64,000 bases of DNA from Blastocladiella emersonii ATCC 22665 (Eukaryota > Fungi > Blastocladiomycota), in NCBI GenBank assembly GCA_025594325.1, contig JANHCV010000001.1:3844001-3908000 (forward strand), read 5' to 3'. The first letter of the stretch is position 1, and each line of letters starts with the position of its first letter. This document shows positions 13,408 to 25,107 of the stretch, one piece after another. The notes under the pieces were generated by a model. The model was not told the DNA's origin, ran no database searches, and was given only the letters and a program-made list of their open reading frames with translations. The translations under genes were made by a program, and so were the position numbers.

Positions 13408-13834
13408 GCGTCTGTAAAATCACGTCGGCTCGCGTGACACCTTTGCCGATGCTTTTCCAAGCGTCGAAATTGGTCAGGATTGGCCTGAATAGTTGGCATG
13501 AGTTTGGTGATGTCTCACGCACGGTCTCCGCGTATTAGCAAGTGTTTCCAGGGTGTTGACGCTGACAGGGGTTCCATTTTCACGCTGGCGGACCGCGCAA
13601 GGGACTGTGGCGTCGGCTTCGTCAAGGTTTCGATCGATGGCCGGCGACGTTGACCGGCGACGTTCAAGTCTTGTCCGGTCGTCTCCGTGGTTGCTGACGA
13701 GAAAGGCGGCCACTCGCGCCCTCAGAACAGGTCCCACACCGCGCGCGTCGTTCTCACTCTCCCGCCATCATTCGCACATGAATCGCACCCAACGAGGGAC
13801 ATCCAACTCTCGATCCGACTTGCAAGCAACAACC

Positions 13835-15598
13835 ATGGCCGTTGGCGACACCAAGACGGCCACGGCCACGACCCGCTCGGCGTCGCCGGTCTCCGTGGCC
13901 TCGATCAAGTCCGTCGCTGCCGCTCCCGCACAGCACCAGCAGCAGCAGCCGCTGCCCAACTGCCTTCTGGTCGGCACCACGACGCACGCGCGCGTGCACC
14001 CGCGGCGTCGCGCCTTCACGTACCCGGTCGTGTACGTGGCCGTGGACGTGGACGATCTGGCGGCGGGCCGCGCGCTGCCGGCGCACCCGCGGCTGTTCGG
14101 GTACAACCAGCACGCGCTGTACGCGCTGTGGGACCGCGACTACCTGACGGCGGGCGAGGCGCCGATCCGGGCCAAGGCGGTGGGCGTGCTGCGCGACCAG
14201 ATCGGCGCGGCGGCGGCGGCGTCCGTCGGGCGCATCGTGATGGTGACGACGCCGCGGTGCGTCGGGTACGCCTTCAACCCGCTGACCGTGTACTACTGCT
14301 ACCTGGCATCGGACCCGGCCGCGCTGCGCGCCGTGATCCTCGAGGTCAACAATACGTTCGGCGAGCGGCACGTGTACGTGTGCGACCCGGCGCACAACGC
14401 GGTGGGCGTGCCGAGCGCGGCGGCCGGCGCCGGGTACACGCACGCGTTCCAGGTGGCGCGCGCGTTCCACGTGTCGCCGTTCAACACACGCAAGGGCGTG
14501 TACGACGTGCTGACGCTGAGCCCCGACGCCGCGGGCCGGCTCGCCGTCAAGCTCACGATGCACGTCCCCGACGAGCGCGACCCGGCCGCGCCGCTGCGGA
14601 CTGTCCTGACGGCGGACCTCCGCGCGCGCACCGTGCGCCCGCTCACGTCAGCCAACGTGCTGCAGACGTTCGCCGAGTACCCGGTCACCGTGTTCCTGAC
14701 AATCCCGCGCGTGCTGCGCCAGGCGTGGGGCCTCGCCTTCGACCAGAAGCTGTGGGTGTACGCGCGCCCGCCGATCCTCGCGCCCGGGTCGCCCGCGCTG
14801 TTCCAGGGCCGCGCGCGCACCATCCGCGCGCTGCCGGCGTCCCCGCTCGCCAAGTGGGTCGAGGCGCGGCTCGTCGCCGGCGCGTGGCGCGCCGCCGCGC
14901 AGGAGCTCGGGATCCGCCTCGTGGTCGTGCCCGCCGACCCGCTCGCCGACCCCGTGGTCCTGTCGGAGAGCGGCGCCGCAGGCGAGGTCGTGGTGCGCGT
15001 GCGCGAGGCCGAGGCGTGGGAGCAGCTCGCGCTGTACGCCGACCCCGTGCAGGGCCTGCTGCACGCGTACGTCGCGGGTGACCTCGAGGTGCACGGCGTG
15101 TCGACGACAACGGGCCCGAGCGCCGACCCGCTCGTCCTCCTGCTCCGCATCGCGCTCGCCGCCGCCGCCGCGCGCACGTCCAACGCCGGCCGGCTCGTCG
15201 GGCTCGTCCGCCGCGTGCTCCCGGGCTCCGCCGCGCGCGCCGCCGTGCTCCCCACGAAGCAGCAGCAGTGGCACGTGGCCGTCGGCGCCGAAGCGCAGGT
15301 CGCGGGCCTGACGTGGCGCGACCAGGTGCACCTCCTGCGGCTGATCGTGGTGGCGCTCGTGGTCGGCGCCGTTGCGCGCGCCTACTTTGCGCGCATGGCC
15401 AAGTTCGCGTGGTCGCCGCTCGGGTTCCCTGACCGCCTCGCGGCGTACGCGGCGGGACGCGACGTGGCCGTGCCCGCGGACAACGATCCGGACCGGCTCG
15501 GCGATGACCAGGCCGAGGCGCATGGGACCGAGGCCCGCAAGGCCGAGCAGGCGCGGTGGAACGCGTTTGCCGCGGCGTGGCGCGAGGTGACGGCGTGA
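13835..15598 (+). CDS. DUF1365 family protein with C-terminal extension
   Basis: GTTTHAR..FTYPVVY, PRCVGYAFNPLTVYYC, VILEVNNTFGERHVY and FHVSPFN are DUF1365 hallmarks. Intronless. ATG at 13835 preferred over the TTG start in the ORF track. Confidence 0.85.
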   Translation: MAVGDTKTATATTRSASPVSVASIKSVAAAPAQHQQQQPLPNCLLVGTTTHARVHPRRRAFTYPVVYVAVDVDDLAAGRALPAHPRLFGYNQHALYALWDRDYLTAGEAPIRAKAVGVLRDQIGAAAAASVGRIVMVTTPRCVGYAFNPLTVYYCYLASDPAALRAVILEVNNTFGERHVYVCDPAHNAVGVPSAAAGAGYTHAFQVARAFHVSPFNTRKGVYDVLTLSPDAAGRLAVKLTMHVPDERDPAAPLRTVLTADLRARTVRPLTSANVLQTFAEYPVTVFLTIPRVLRQAWGLAFDQKLWVYARPPILAPGSPALFQGRARTIRALPASPLAKWVEARLVAGAWRAAAQELGIRLVVVPADPLADPVVLSESGAAGEVVVRVREAEAWEQLALYADPVQGLLHAYVAGDLEVHGVSTTTGPSADPLVLLLRIALAAAAARTSNAGRLVGLVRRVLPGSAARAAVLPTKQQQWHVAVGAEAQVAGLTWRDQVHLLRLIVVALVVGAVARAYFARMAKFAWSPLGFPDRLAAYAAGRDVAVPADNDPDRLGDDQAEAHGTEARKAEQARWNAFAAAWREVTA

Positions 15599-15652
15599 AC
15601 AACGGGACTATATTGAGCACATAAAAAAGGACTAATTGCGTATCATCAAAGC

Positions 15653-16654
15653 TTACTGGGACGCGGCAGCCGCGGCGAGACGGGCCTCGACGTCGGCCAG
15701 GTGCGGGATCGACGACATGGCACCAGCGCCCTCGCAGGCCATGGACCCAGCACCAGCCGCGACCTTGGCGGCGGCCTGGACGGCGGCCCACACGGTGTCG
15801 TCGGTGGCGACGCGGTCGCGGACGGCGACCTGGTTGCGGGCGAGGGTGCCGACGAGGAACCCGACAAACGTGTCGCCGGCGCCCGTGGTGTCGACGGGGG
15901 AGATCTTGAGCGAGGGCACGACGACGGGGTCGCGGCCGCGCGCCACGACCGCGGCGCCGGCAGCGCCCAGCGTCACGACGGCGACCGAGAGGCCCGGGAA
16001 GGCAGCGAACACGCGCGGCAGGGTGGCGGACCACGCGTGGGCGTCAGCGAGGTCCGGGATCGCCGCGGCGGCGAGGGTGGCGAGCTCGCCCTCGTTGACG
16101 ACGAGCACGTCGACCAGGTTCAGGTCGAACTCGCGCACCGTGTCGGGCGTGCACGGGGCCGGGTTGAAGACGACGGTGCCGGCGTGCTCGCGGGCGAGGC
16201 GCAGCAGGGCGGGCCCGTGGCTGACCTCGTTCTGCAGCAGGGCAATGTCGCGGTTCGTGATGCGGTCGCGCGGGAAGTGGACGGCCGGGTCGACGAGCCC
16301 GTTGGCGGCGGCGTCGAGGATGATGGCGTTCTCGGCGGCGCCGTCGGTGGCGAGCTGGATGATGGCGCGGCCCGTGTGCGCCTCCGGGTGCACGACGAGC
16401 AGCGACGTGTCGACGTTGGCCGTGGCCATGAGGTCGGCGATCCACTGGCCGTCGCGGCCGATGACGCCGACGTGCAGGGCGTGGTGCGGGTGCACGCGCG
16501 CCACGGCCACCGACTGGTTGGCGCCCTTGCCGCCGGGGAAGATGGCGCGGCCCAGCGACGGGATCGTCTCGCCCGGCTGCGCGATGGCGCGCACGCGGAA
16601 CACGTCGTCAATGTTGATCGACCCGATGACGAAGACGTTGGTGGCGGCGGCCAT
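15653..16654 (-). CDS. RBK1: Ribokinase (PfkB family)
   Basis: VIGSINID..PGETI..PGGKGANQSVAVAR, LLQNE, VVNEGE and anion-hole motif VDTTGAGDTFVG. Intronless. Confidence 0.92.
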   Translation of the reverse strand: MAAATNVFVIGSINIDDVFRVRAIAQPGETIPSLGRAIFPGGKGANQSVAVARVHPHHALHVGVIGRDGQWIADLMATANVDTSLLVVHPEAHTGRAIIQLATDGAAENAIILDAAANGLVDPAVHFPRDRITNRDIALLQNEVSHGPALLRLAREHAGTVVFNPAPCTPDTVREFDLNLVDVLVVNEGELATLAAAAIPDLADAHAWSATLPRVFAAFPGLSVAVVTLGAAGAAVVARGRDPVVVPSLKISPVDTTGAGDTFVGFLVGTLARNQVAVRDRVATDDTVWAAVQAAAKVAAGAGSMACEGAGAMSSIPHLADVEARLAAAAASQ

Positions 16655-17242
16655 GGTATGATTGTGGTATGATTACGTTGCCGTGTGCGGGAGCGGAGCG
16701 GGAGCGCGGACCAGATCCCTTGCAGCAACCGCCCGATTGGTCGCCGCGGCGCGGGGAGTCATCCGGCCCATCACGACCATCCGCTTCTCCATCCGGATAG
16801 CGAACGACAACGACAACGCGCGCACCGCGTCCGTCTCTGAAACGCGCCACACCGGAGAGTATCACGGCGTAAATAATTAATCAGAGCATCACGCGGATTG
16901 GGGCGTCGCCGCCGCCCCGGTGGTCGCCGCCACCGCCCACCGTCCGCGGGCCAGGGGGAGCCGACTCGGCCTGCGCGGGTCGACCTCGCCCCTCTCGCGC
17001 TCTCGCCACCGTGGACATCGAGACACCACCGCTCGCTGCAACGTAATCGACTGAACCTAACTTGGCGCAACCGCTCGCTCCGCCACGCCCGACAACTCTA
17101 CGCTGCACCGCCACGCCCTCGCGCTGTCCATCTCGCGGCACCCTTCGTATGTTGTCGATGGGCGCTGCGCCACTCGAGCTTCCCGCCAACTGATCGCCAT
17201 CCCTCCTCCAGAAACCCTACTCTCGCCACTGAGCCGACCCCC

Positions 17243-20200
17243 ATGTCCGCCAGCGCCGCTGGCACCCCGTTCGCGGACGCGGTCGCTGCGGGCTCCACGG
17301 CCGCCGCCGCCGACCTGGTCCCTGCGACGCCCGCGTCCGAGATCTCGGTCGACGCCGAGTTCCACGACGCCCTGCCCTCGCCCGCCGCGAGCGTCTCGGG
17401 CGTCCCCGCCCCCGCGTCGTCGTCCGCCCATGTGCGCCGCGTCCAGTTCCCGAGCCTGCCCGACGTCGACGTCGATGCCGACGCCGCCGGCGCCTCGTCG
17501 TCCAGCGGCACCGACTCGGACGAGTACGACGACGACGCCGACGATTCCGACTCGGACTCGGAGGAGGACGAGGACACGCACCTGCTCGTCGAGGCCATGA
17601 TGCACGCCCTCGAGTCGTCGGCGTTCGAGGACGACTACCTGACCTCGGACGACGATGATGAGGACGACGACGACGACGATCTCGATGACGACGATGACGA
17701 TGACGATGACCTCCTCGACTACTCGGGCGTGCATATCGAGTCGGACGACTCGGACTCGGACGACGCCCTGTACGACGACGGCCGGCCCAGCCATGACGGC
17801 GAGTCGGATGCCGAGTCCGTCTCGAGCGGCAGCAGCGGGAGCAGCTCCAGCGGCAGCGACGACGACGCCGGCTCCAGCGACTCGGACTCGGACTCGGACA
17901 CGGACTCGGTTCCGCCACCACTACCACCTCGCGACCCCGTCCCGCCCTCGCCCTTCTCCGAGGTCCTCTCCGACGTCGCCGCGTCGCCGCCCCTCAGCCC
18001 CGCCGCCCGCGACCTCCATGAGGCCGACGACCCCGCCGCCCTCTCGCCCGCGTCGCCCTCGTCCATCCTCGGCGACCTTCCGCCGACCGTGGGCGCTGCC
18101 ACCTCGCTGTTCCGCCGCGGAATCCGGCCCGTCTCCCTGCCACTCGGCCTCCCCACCTCGGCCTCGGCGCCCGCCCACCTCTCGGCCGCCTCGCTCGGTC
18201 TCGGCGTGCTCGCCGAGGAGCCCGCGGCGACCGCGACCACCTACGGCTTCACCCCGTTCGCGCCGTACCCGGCCACCTCGGCCGACGCCATTGTCCCCGC
18301 GGGCCGCGTCGGCCCAAAGCTCCCCATTGACCTTACGGCCGCTGTCATTGCACTCGGCCACACGTCGTCATCGGCGTCGCCACAACCGCAGCCGCCCGCG
18401 ACGGCCGGCGATGGCGAGTCGGTTTCCGCCAGCAGCGTGACGACCGACGCGCCGCAGCAGCACCAGCAGCCGCAAAAGCTGCAGTCGTCGCCGACGTCGT
18501 CGACGTTGCTCAGCCCGCCCGTGGCCCCTGTGCGCCCGCGCACGCCGTCCATGCCGACGCCCATGACCACGTCGACGCAGCTGCTCCCGCCGCCGCCCGC
18601 GCGGCACGCCGAGATCCTGGGCTACGAGATCCGCGAGGACCGCAACAAAAAGTACACGGCGTACCGCGTCACCATGACCTTGCCGCGCGCGCCGCGCACC
18701 ACGGCGTCGTGGGTCGTGTGGAAGCGGTACAGCGAGTTCTTCGCGCTCGACCACAAGCTCGCCAAACACTTTCCGGGCGTCCGGTTCCCGTCGTTCCCGC
18801 CCAAGCGCCTGTTCGGCAGCTCCATTGCCGAGCCCCTCATCCTCACCCGCACCGCCAAGATCAACCGGTACCTCGCCTTCGTCTTCGATGACCCCAAGAT
18901 CCGCGAGTCGCCGTACGTTACCGAGTTCTTCGAGTTTGGCCTGCACGAGATCCCGGACACGCCCGCCGCTTCTGCCGTATCGACGCCAACGACCGCCGTC
19001 AGCGGCGCCGGGCACCTCCCGACGCCCGCACTCACGCCCGCGACCGCGTCTGCGATCCCGCGCGCCGTCCCCGGCGGCTCCGTGTCGGTGCCCGCGTCCC
19101 CGCGGTTCGCCGCCGACCACGTGTCGCCGCTCGACCCCGACCACGCCACGCCGCGCGCCCGGTCCGAGACCAGCGTCACCGTGACGCCCGCCAATGCCGT
19201 GGTCGCGCTCGAGCTCACGCGCGAGGCGTCCGAGAACACCATCACTGAGGCGAGTCTCGCCGCGCTCGGCAGCCCGAAGCGCAGCGCTGCCGACAAGGCC
19301 GCTAAGAAGAAGAAAAAAAAGAAGAAAAAGTCGTCCAAGGAGCGCCCCGACTCGCCGCAGTCCTCGTCGGCGTCCGCGTCCGCCTCGCCCGCGCGCGCAT
19401 CGGGGGCTGCCGACTCGCCCGTTCCTGACGGCGGCGACGCGGTGGGCTCGGGCAAGAAGAAGAAGGGCGGGCTGTCGCAGGTCAAGCACCAGACGTCCAA
19501 GATCATCCGGCGCGTCGGCCGCGCGTACTCGAACGTCGAGACGGCCGTCGTCGCGGGCATCTCGAGTGTCGGCGACCGCGTTGGCGGCGCCTCGCCGTCC
19601 TCGCCCTCGGACGAGTCGTCGGTCGAGGCCGCCATGAGCGCTGCTCACAATCACGACGACGGCACCGAAACCGACGCGCACGAGCCCTCGTCCGCGTCCA
19701 CGGCCACGGTCGCCGACAAGCGCGGGCGCAACCTGCGCAACTCGTTCAAGCGCACCGACAAGAAAAAGTCAGCCGCGGCCTCAGCCCCCACGTCGGCGAC
19801 CACCGCCGGGTACCTCTCGGACACGGCCGTCGACAGCATGGCCAAGGACGCGCCCGCATCCGGCAGCAAGGCCGCGCGCACGCAGTCGGTGACCGAGGCC
19901 GGCACCCCCGCGAGCCCGCTGACGTCGCCGAGTCTCGGGCCCACGGCCAAGCTCGTCCACGCCATCTCGACCATCCCGTTCCTCCCGCTCCCGCTGCGCG
20001 GCAACAACTCGGGCGGCGCGCCGCTGACGCCCGGCCACCACCACACGCTGCCGACAACCGCCCACACTGGCGGTGGCGGCGGCAAGTCGTCCCCGCACTC
20101 GCCCGCCGTTGACGCCTTGACGCCTCTCCCGCCCGCCGCTGCGGGCACCGGGCACGGGTCGCTCGACATTGGCGACGACGAGGAGGGCGTGCACGTGACG

Positions 20201-22667
20201 GTCGGCCTGCCGCCCATGACGCTCGCCGAGGCGCTCGCCGCGCGCCGCGAAAAGCAGCAGCGCAAGCGCGAGGCCAAGGCCGAAAAGGCGGCCGCGAAAC
20301 GCGAGGCCAAGGCCGTCGAGGAGCTCGCGCGCAAGCAGGAGAAGGCCGCCCGCAAGGCCGCGCGCCGCGCGCTCCTCGCCGAAATGGAGCAGGCCGAGGC
20401 CGAGCGCAAGGCCATCAAGCGGCTCAAGGCTGAGCGTAAGCGGCAGGCCAAGATCGAGGCCGCCGCCGCCGCGGCTGTCGTCGTGGTCTCGCCCGACGAC
20501 GCTGCGGTGACGACCGATGCCGAGGCTACGCCCACGGCTGCGTCGGCCGCCGCCGGGTCGCCCGCGGTGCCCGGTGCCGTCTCGCCCGTGCTCCCCGGCG
20601 GGCGCGGGTACGCCGCCGAGTCGGGACTCGGTGCCGGCGCCGCCGCGGCGCACGAGGAGGAGGGCGCGTTCGCTGCTCTCGCGTCGATTGCGCGCAAGCG
20701 CCGCCGCCACTTCAACCTCCCGCTGCTCAAGCTGCGCGACGTGATCCTCAACAACAGTAACAACAGCTCCAACAACACGCCCGACGAGCACTCGGCGACG
20801 CCCGTGGCCGAGCAGCTGTCGTCCTCGTCGTCGTCGTCGGGTCCCGGCGCAGCCATGAAGCGCGGATTCAACAACCTCGGCGCGCTGTTGTCGCCCGCGT
20901 CCAAGCACGTCGACCAGATCCAGCTGCCGGGCCCACCGCCCATCTCGCCGGGCCGCATGTCGTCGCTGACGGTCGAGCAGGAGCAGGAGGCGGCAGCGGC
21001 CGAGGCCGAGGATGTCGCGGGCGGCGACGCGGGGTCGTCGAGCGGGGTCAGCGTGCCGGGCGTCGAGGAGGTGTCCATGACGCACGCCAAAATCTGCCTC
21101 GACGACTTCCAGCTGCTCAAGCTGATCGGCAAGGGCACGTTCGGCAAGGTGCTGCTGGCCAAGCACAAGCGGACGGGCAACCCGTGCGCCATCAAGGTGA
21201 TCACCAAGGCGGTGCTCAAGAACCACCCGAACGAGATCCGCCACGTCATGAGCGAGCGCAACGTGCTCATGCGCAACATGAAGCACCCGTTCCTGGTCGG
21301 GCTCCAGTACGCGTTCCAGACCCCCGTCAAGCTGTACCTCGTCCTCGACTACGTCAACGGCGGCGAGCTCTTCTTCCACCTCCAGCGCGAGCGCCGGTTC
21401 CCCGAGGACCGCGTCCGGTTCTACGCCGCCGAGATTACGTCCGCGCTCGAGTACCTCCACTCGCTCGGGATCATGTACCGCGACCTCAAGCCGGGTACGC
21501 TTTTCTTTCGGGTCGCGGGTCTGATGGGACGGTACTAAGCGCTCGCGTGCACCGTGTGTAGAGAACATTCTGCTCGACCGCGACGGGCACATTGCGCTGA
21601 CCGATTTCGGGCTGGCCAAGGAGAACATTGAGCCGGCGGTGGGCCGCACGTCGACGTTCTGCGGGACGCCCGAGTACCTGGCGCCCGAGATCGTCAAGCG
21701 GCAGTCGTACTCGCTGGCGGTCGACTGGTGGTGCCTCGGGTCGGTCGTGTACGAGATGCTGGTCGGGCTCCCACCCTTCTACTCGGCCAACACGCAGGAG
21801 CTGTTCCAGCGGATCCTGCACGACAAGCTGCGGTGGCCGGCGCACATTGCCGTGAGCAGCGCGGCGCGCGGGTTCGTGTCGGCGCTCCTGGTGCGGCAGC
21901 CCGAAGCGCGGCTCGGGTGGCACGGCGCCCGCGAGGTCAAGTACCACCCGTTCTTCACGGGCGTCGACTGGAACAAGCTCGTCAACAAGCTGTACCGGCC
22001 GCCGTTCGTCCCCGACCTCGAGTCCACGCTCGACCTCCGGTACATTGACCCCTCGTTCAAGGACGAGGATATCCACACCGCGTCCATGTCGGCCGAGAAG
22101 TCGGCCCAGCTCGCGTCGGCGACGGCATCTGCCCAGCAGCAGCAGCAGCAGCAGGGCAGCGAGCAGTGGGTCAAGGGCCCGTCAGGCGGCGGCAGCGCGT
22201 CGCCCGGGCCCAAGCCCGCCAAGTCGAGCAAGAAGTCGGCGGCGGGTGCCGTCGGCGGGACCGGCGCGACCAGCAAGGCCAAGGCCAAGATGCCGTGGGG
22301 CAAGTCGGCGGCCAAGCGGTCCAAGGAACGGGAAGCATCATCGACCGCCGCCTCAACGACGAGCGCCGACGCCGCCGCGGATCAAGGTGCCGCCGCCCCC
22401 GCGGCCGCGCGGTCGGGCACGGCGGGGTCGGACGGGCGGCTGAGTCTGATCCGCGAGACGCTGCTCGAGGACTCGGACGACGACGCGTTCGCCGGGTTCA
22501 CGTACTACGGGGCCGGCGCCGACGACGACGTGCTCCGCGACCTGTACGGGTCCGACGACGGCGACGACGAGGCGGACGAGGAGGACGGCGAGGGCAGCGC
22601 GGGCGCGGCCGAGCACGACGGTGACGCGGACGACGAGGCGGACCCGGCGTCTGCAGCAGCGCGGTGA
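17243..22667 (+). CDS. PX-domain AGC Ser/Thr kinase, SGK3/CISK-like
   Basis: PX domain ([28 protein letters not shown]); kinase [56 protein letters not shown]; hydrophobic motif FAGFTY. Intron 21495-21561. Confidence 0.88.
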
Positions 22668-23660
22668 TCGGTACGTTCTCGCACGTGGCAACGATCGTGG
22701 GATGGTGCGAGACTGACGACGACGCGCGGCCCTCTGTCTAGTGACATCCCATTCTTGTTCCGCGAACGCGCGCGCACCCGCGAGACGGGGTCGACTCGTC
22801 TCCACTTGCCCTCGCCGGCCGTGACCACGGCCACGGCGGCCATCGGCAGTTTTGCTTCTTTGCGCTCGCTCGCCTCGCTCATTGACATGTACAACCAACC
22901 ACACACACACACATTTTTACAGACGGCCTCCCTCCTTACCCACCCGCACATTCCAATAGACACACTCGGATTTCGTTTAGACCCTGATCTTGAAGTGTGA
23001 GACGAGCGACGCGAACGCTCCGTGATCGGGCGAGTGATGATCATTCCCACGGCGCGGACACGGCCCCCGAAACGCGAGCCCGACCCGCACGGCCGCGTGT
23101 CTCCCATCGTGCAACGAGCACGTCATGCCTCGCGACCGCTGCGACGGCTGCGTTCCCGCGCGGGCGGGCCAGGCGTCGCGGTCGCGTTGCCCCGAGCGAC
23201 CACGCCGCGGGAGGCGCGACGGCTCCGGGCGCGCAAGCAGCGCGGTCCAGGCGGCGCGGCGACGCCGGGCGCGGCGGGCGAGGCATCGGCTGGACCTCAA
23301 GGCGGCAAGGCCGGTGCGCGCGCACGAGTGCCGGCGGATGCAGAGCAGCAGGCATCGCGGCTCGTGGGTGTAACAACCCGGGAGCGGTGGCGCCACGGCC
23401 AAGGCCGCGTGAGAGGGGGTGCGCGGGGAGACGAGCAAGCGGGGAGCTTGGGGCGAGCTTAGACGGGGGCGCGAGCGGGGGACGGACGCGCGCGGCGACG
23501 AGGAGGACGAGCGGGGAGTGTGGCGCGGCGCGTGAGCGCGTGGTCGATGGGTGCCCGCAAAGGCAGGCACGGGGAACCCGATGGACGGCGCCGGGCGACC
23601 CGCGCGGCGAAGCGGCCACGGCAGCAGCAGCGGCGGTGAGCGACGCGGGAGGAGCGGGGC

Positions 23661-23668
23661 TATATAAG
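23661..23668 (+). promoter_or_regulatory. TATA box
   Basis: TATATAAG isolated in very GC-rich DNA, about 130 nt upstream of the ATG at 23796. Confidence 0.55.
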
Positions 23669-23795
23669 ACGCGTCGCCGCCCGCTCCCCCTCTCCTCTCC
23701 ATCATCACCGCCGCCATCAACGAGCACCGCGCTCTCTCTCCCCCTCGATACACCGACTGGTCTCCCTCCCCGATACACCACCCTACACCACCACC

Positions 23796-24791
23796 ATGCT
23801 CTCGTCCCACCACCCCGCCGACGACCTGCCGCCGACCGCGACGGTGCTCGGCGCGACCGACACCAGCATCGCGTTCGAGGTGCCGCTCGCGTCGCCCGCG
23901 TCGCCGTCCAAGGCCCCGCCCGCGCACCTCGCCGGCCGCCTGGCGGGCAAGCCCCCGGCGTCGCCGCTGCACCAGATCCTCGAGTACGTTGCTCTCTCGT
24001 CGTGTGCCCCGCCGCGGTCCCCCAAGTCCACTTACCGACCACCCTCCCTCCCTCCCCGACCGGCGCGCGAACAGCTTTGCTCACTTGCTCTTCCTTGACC
24101 CAACACTCCTCAGTGACTTCCAGCACGCCGTGGACCGGCACCACGAGTTTGTCGAGCGCGAGCGCGAGCGCGTCGCGCAGCACGACCGCAAGGTGCTCGC
24201 CGTGCAGGACCGCCAGCGCCTGGCCACCGAGCAGAAGGGTACTACGACCTTGCCTTACTCGGCGTGATGTTGGCGATGAACACGACACTGACGCACTCCA
24301 ACCTCGCCCACCCTCGCGTAGCCCAAGAACTCGAGGCCAGCCTGACGGCGGCGGCCGACCGCGCGCGCGAGTACCTGGCGCAGCGCGTCGGGCGGCTGCA
24401 CGCGCACAACGTGGCCATCGACGAGACGCGCGCGCACAAACGCGACCTCGACGCGGCGCACGACGAGCACTCGCGCGCCGAGCACCAGGCGCACCTCGGG
24501 CGCGTCGCGGCCGCCGAGCAGCGCCACCGCGAGCTCGAGACGCGCCGCCTGCTCCAGCTCTCGCAGTACACGCACGTGCGCCAGGACCTCGCTACGCAGC
24601 GCCGCGCCCGACGCACCTCGGCCGAGATCGCGGCCGCCGGCTCGCGCACCCCGTCGCCCACGGCCCAGCCGCCGCAGCAGCAGCAGGCGCAGGTGCAGTC
24701 GGAGCAGCAGCAGCAGCCGGCGGCGCCCATCGCCAAGTCGGCCGAGGCGGGCGACCGCCCGGGCCGCCGCACGTCCGTCGCCGAGGAGTGA
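23796..24791 (+). CDS. Small helical/coiled-coil protein, putative stathmin-like
   Basis: Three exons; introns 23984-24113 and 24239-24321 join in frame. SIAFEVPL..SPASP..PPAHL N-terminus and RL..H...IDETRAHK helix resemble stathmin. The gene model is more secure than the family call. Confidence 0.7.
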
Positions 24792-25107
24792 TCCGCGCGC
24801 CATGACCGTGCGCGCGATGCCGCCGCTGCCCCTGCACCAGAGCTATCCAATATTCTATGAACCCATCCCATCCTACCCAAATGTCTCAGTTGTCCAAAAT
24901 TCATAAACCCACGGTTTCCTAATCATCACCGTCTCGCGCCCTGTCCCGCGAGCTGGAACGCGTCGCTTAGAAACGCGTCTTGTCATGTGATGTAGAGAAC
25001 CTTGGCCTTCCCGCCCAGCGTTGCGCCACGTCGCCGCCGCCATCACTCCGCCTCCGCCGCGACTCAACGCACCACCGCACACGCAGCCAGCCAATGTAAC
25101 CAGCACC

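Noticed and set aside
16898-17242. 115-codon upstream extension of the PX kinase in the ORF track
   Set aside because: It begins at TTG, is Arg-rich and lies in promoter-like DNA. The first in-frame ATG with good context is 17243.
17500-17900. GAC/GAT and GACTCG repeats as a possible CRISPR array or satellite
   Set aside because: They are in-frame poly-Asp/Asp-Ser coding tracts, with no constant repeat and unique spacer structure.
22705-22713. Solitary GTGCGAGAC after the kinase stop (also 32239-32247 in the J-protein CDS)
   Set aside because: Both are unpaired and not at promoter distance from an ATG; I treated them as background and counted them against the motif.
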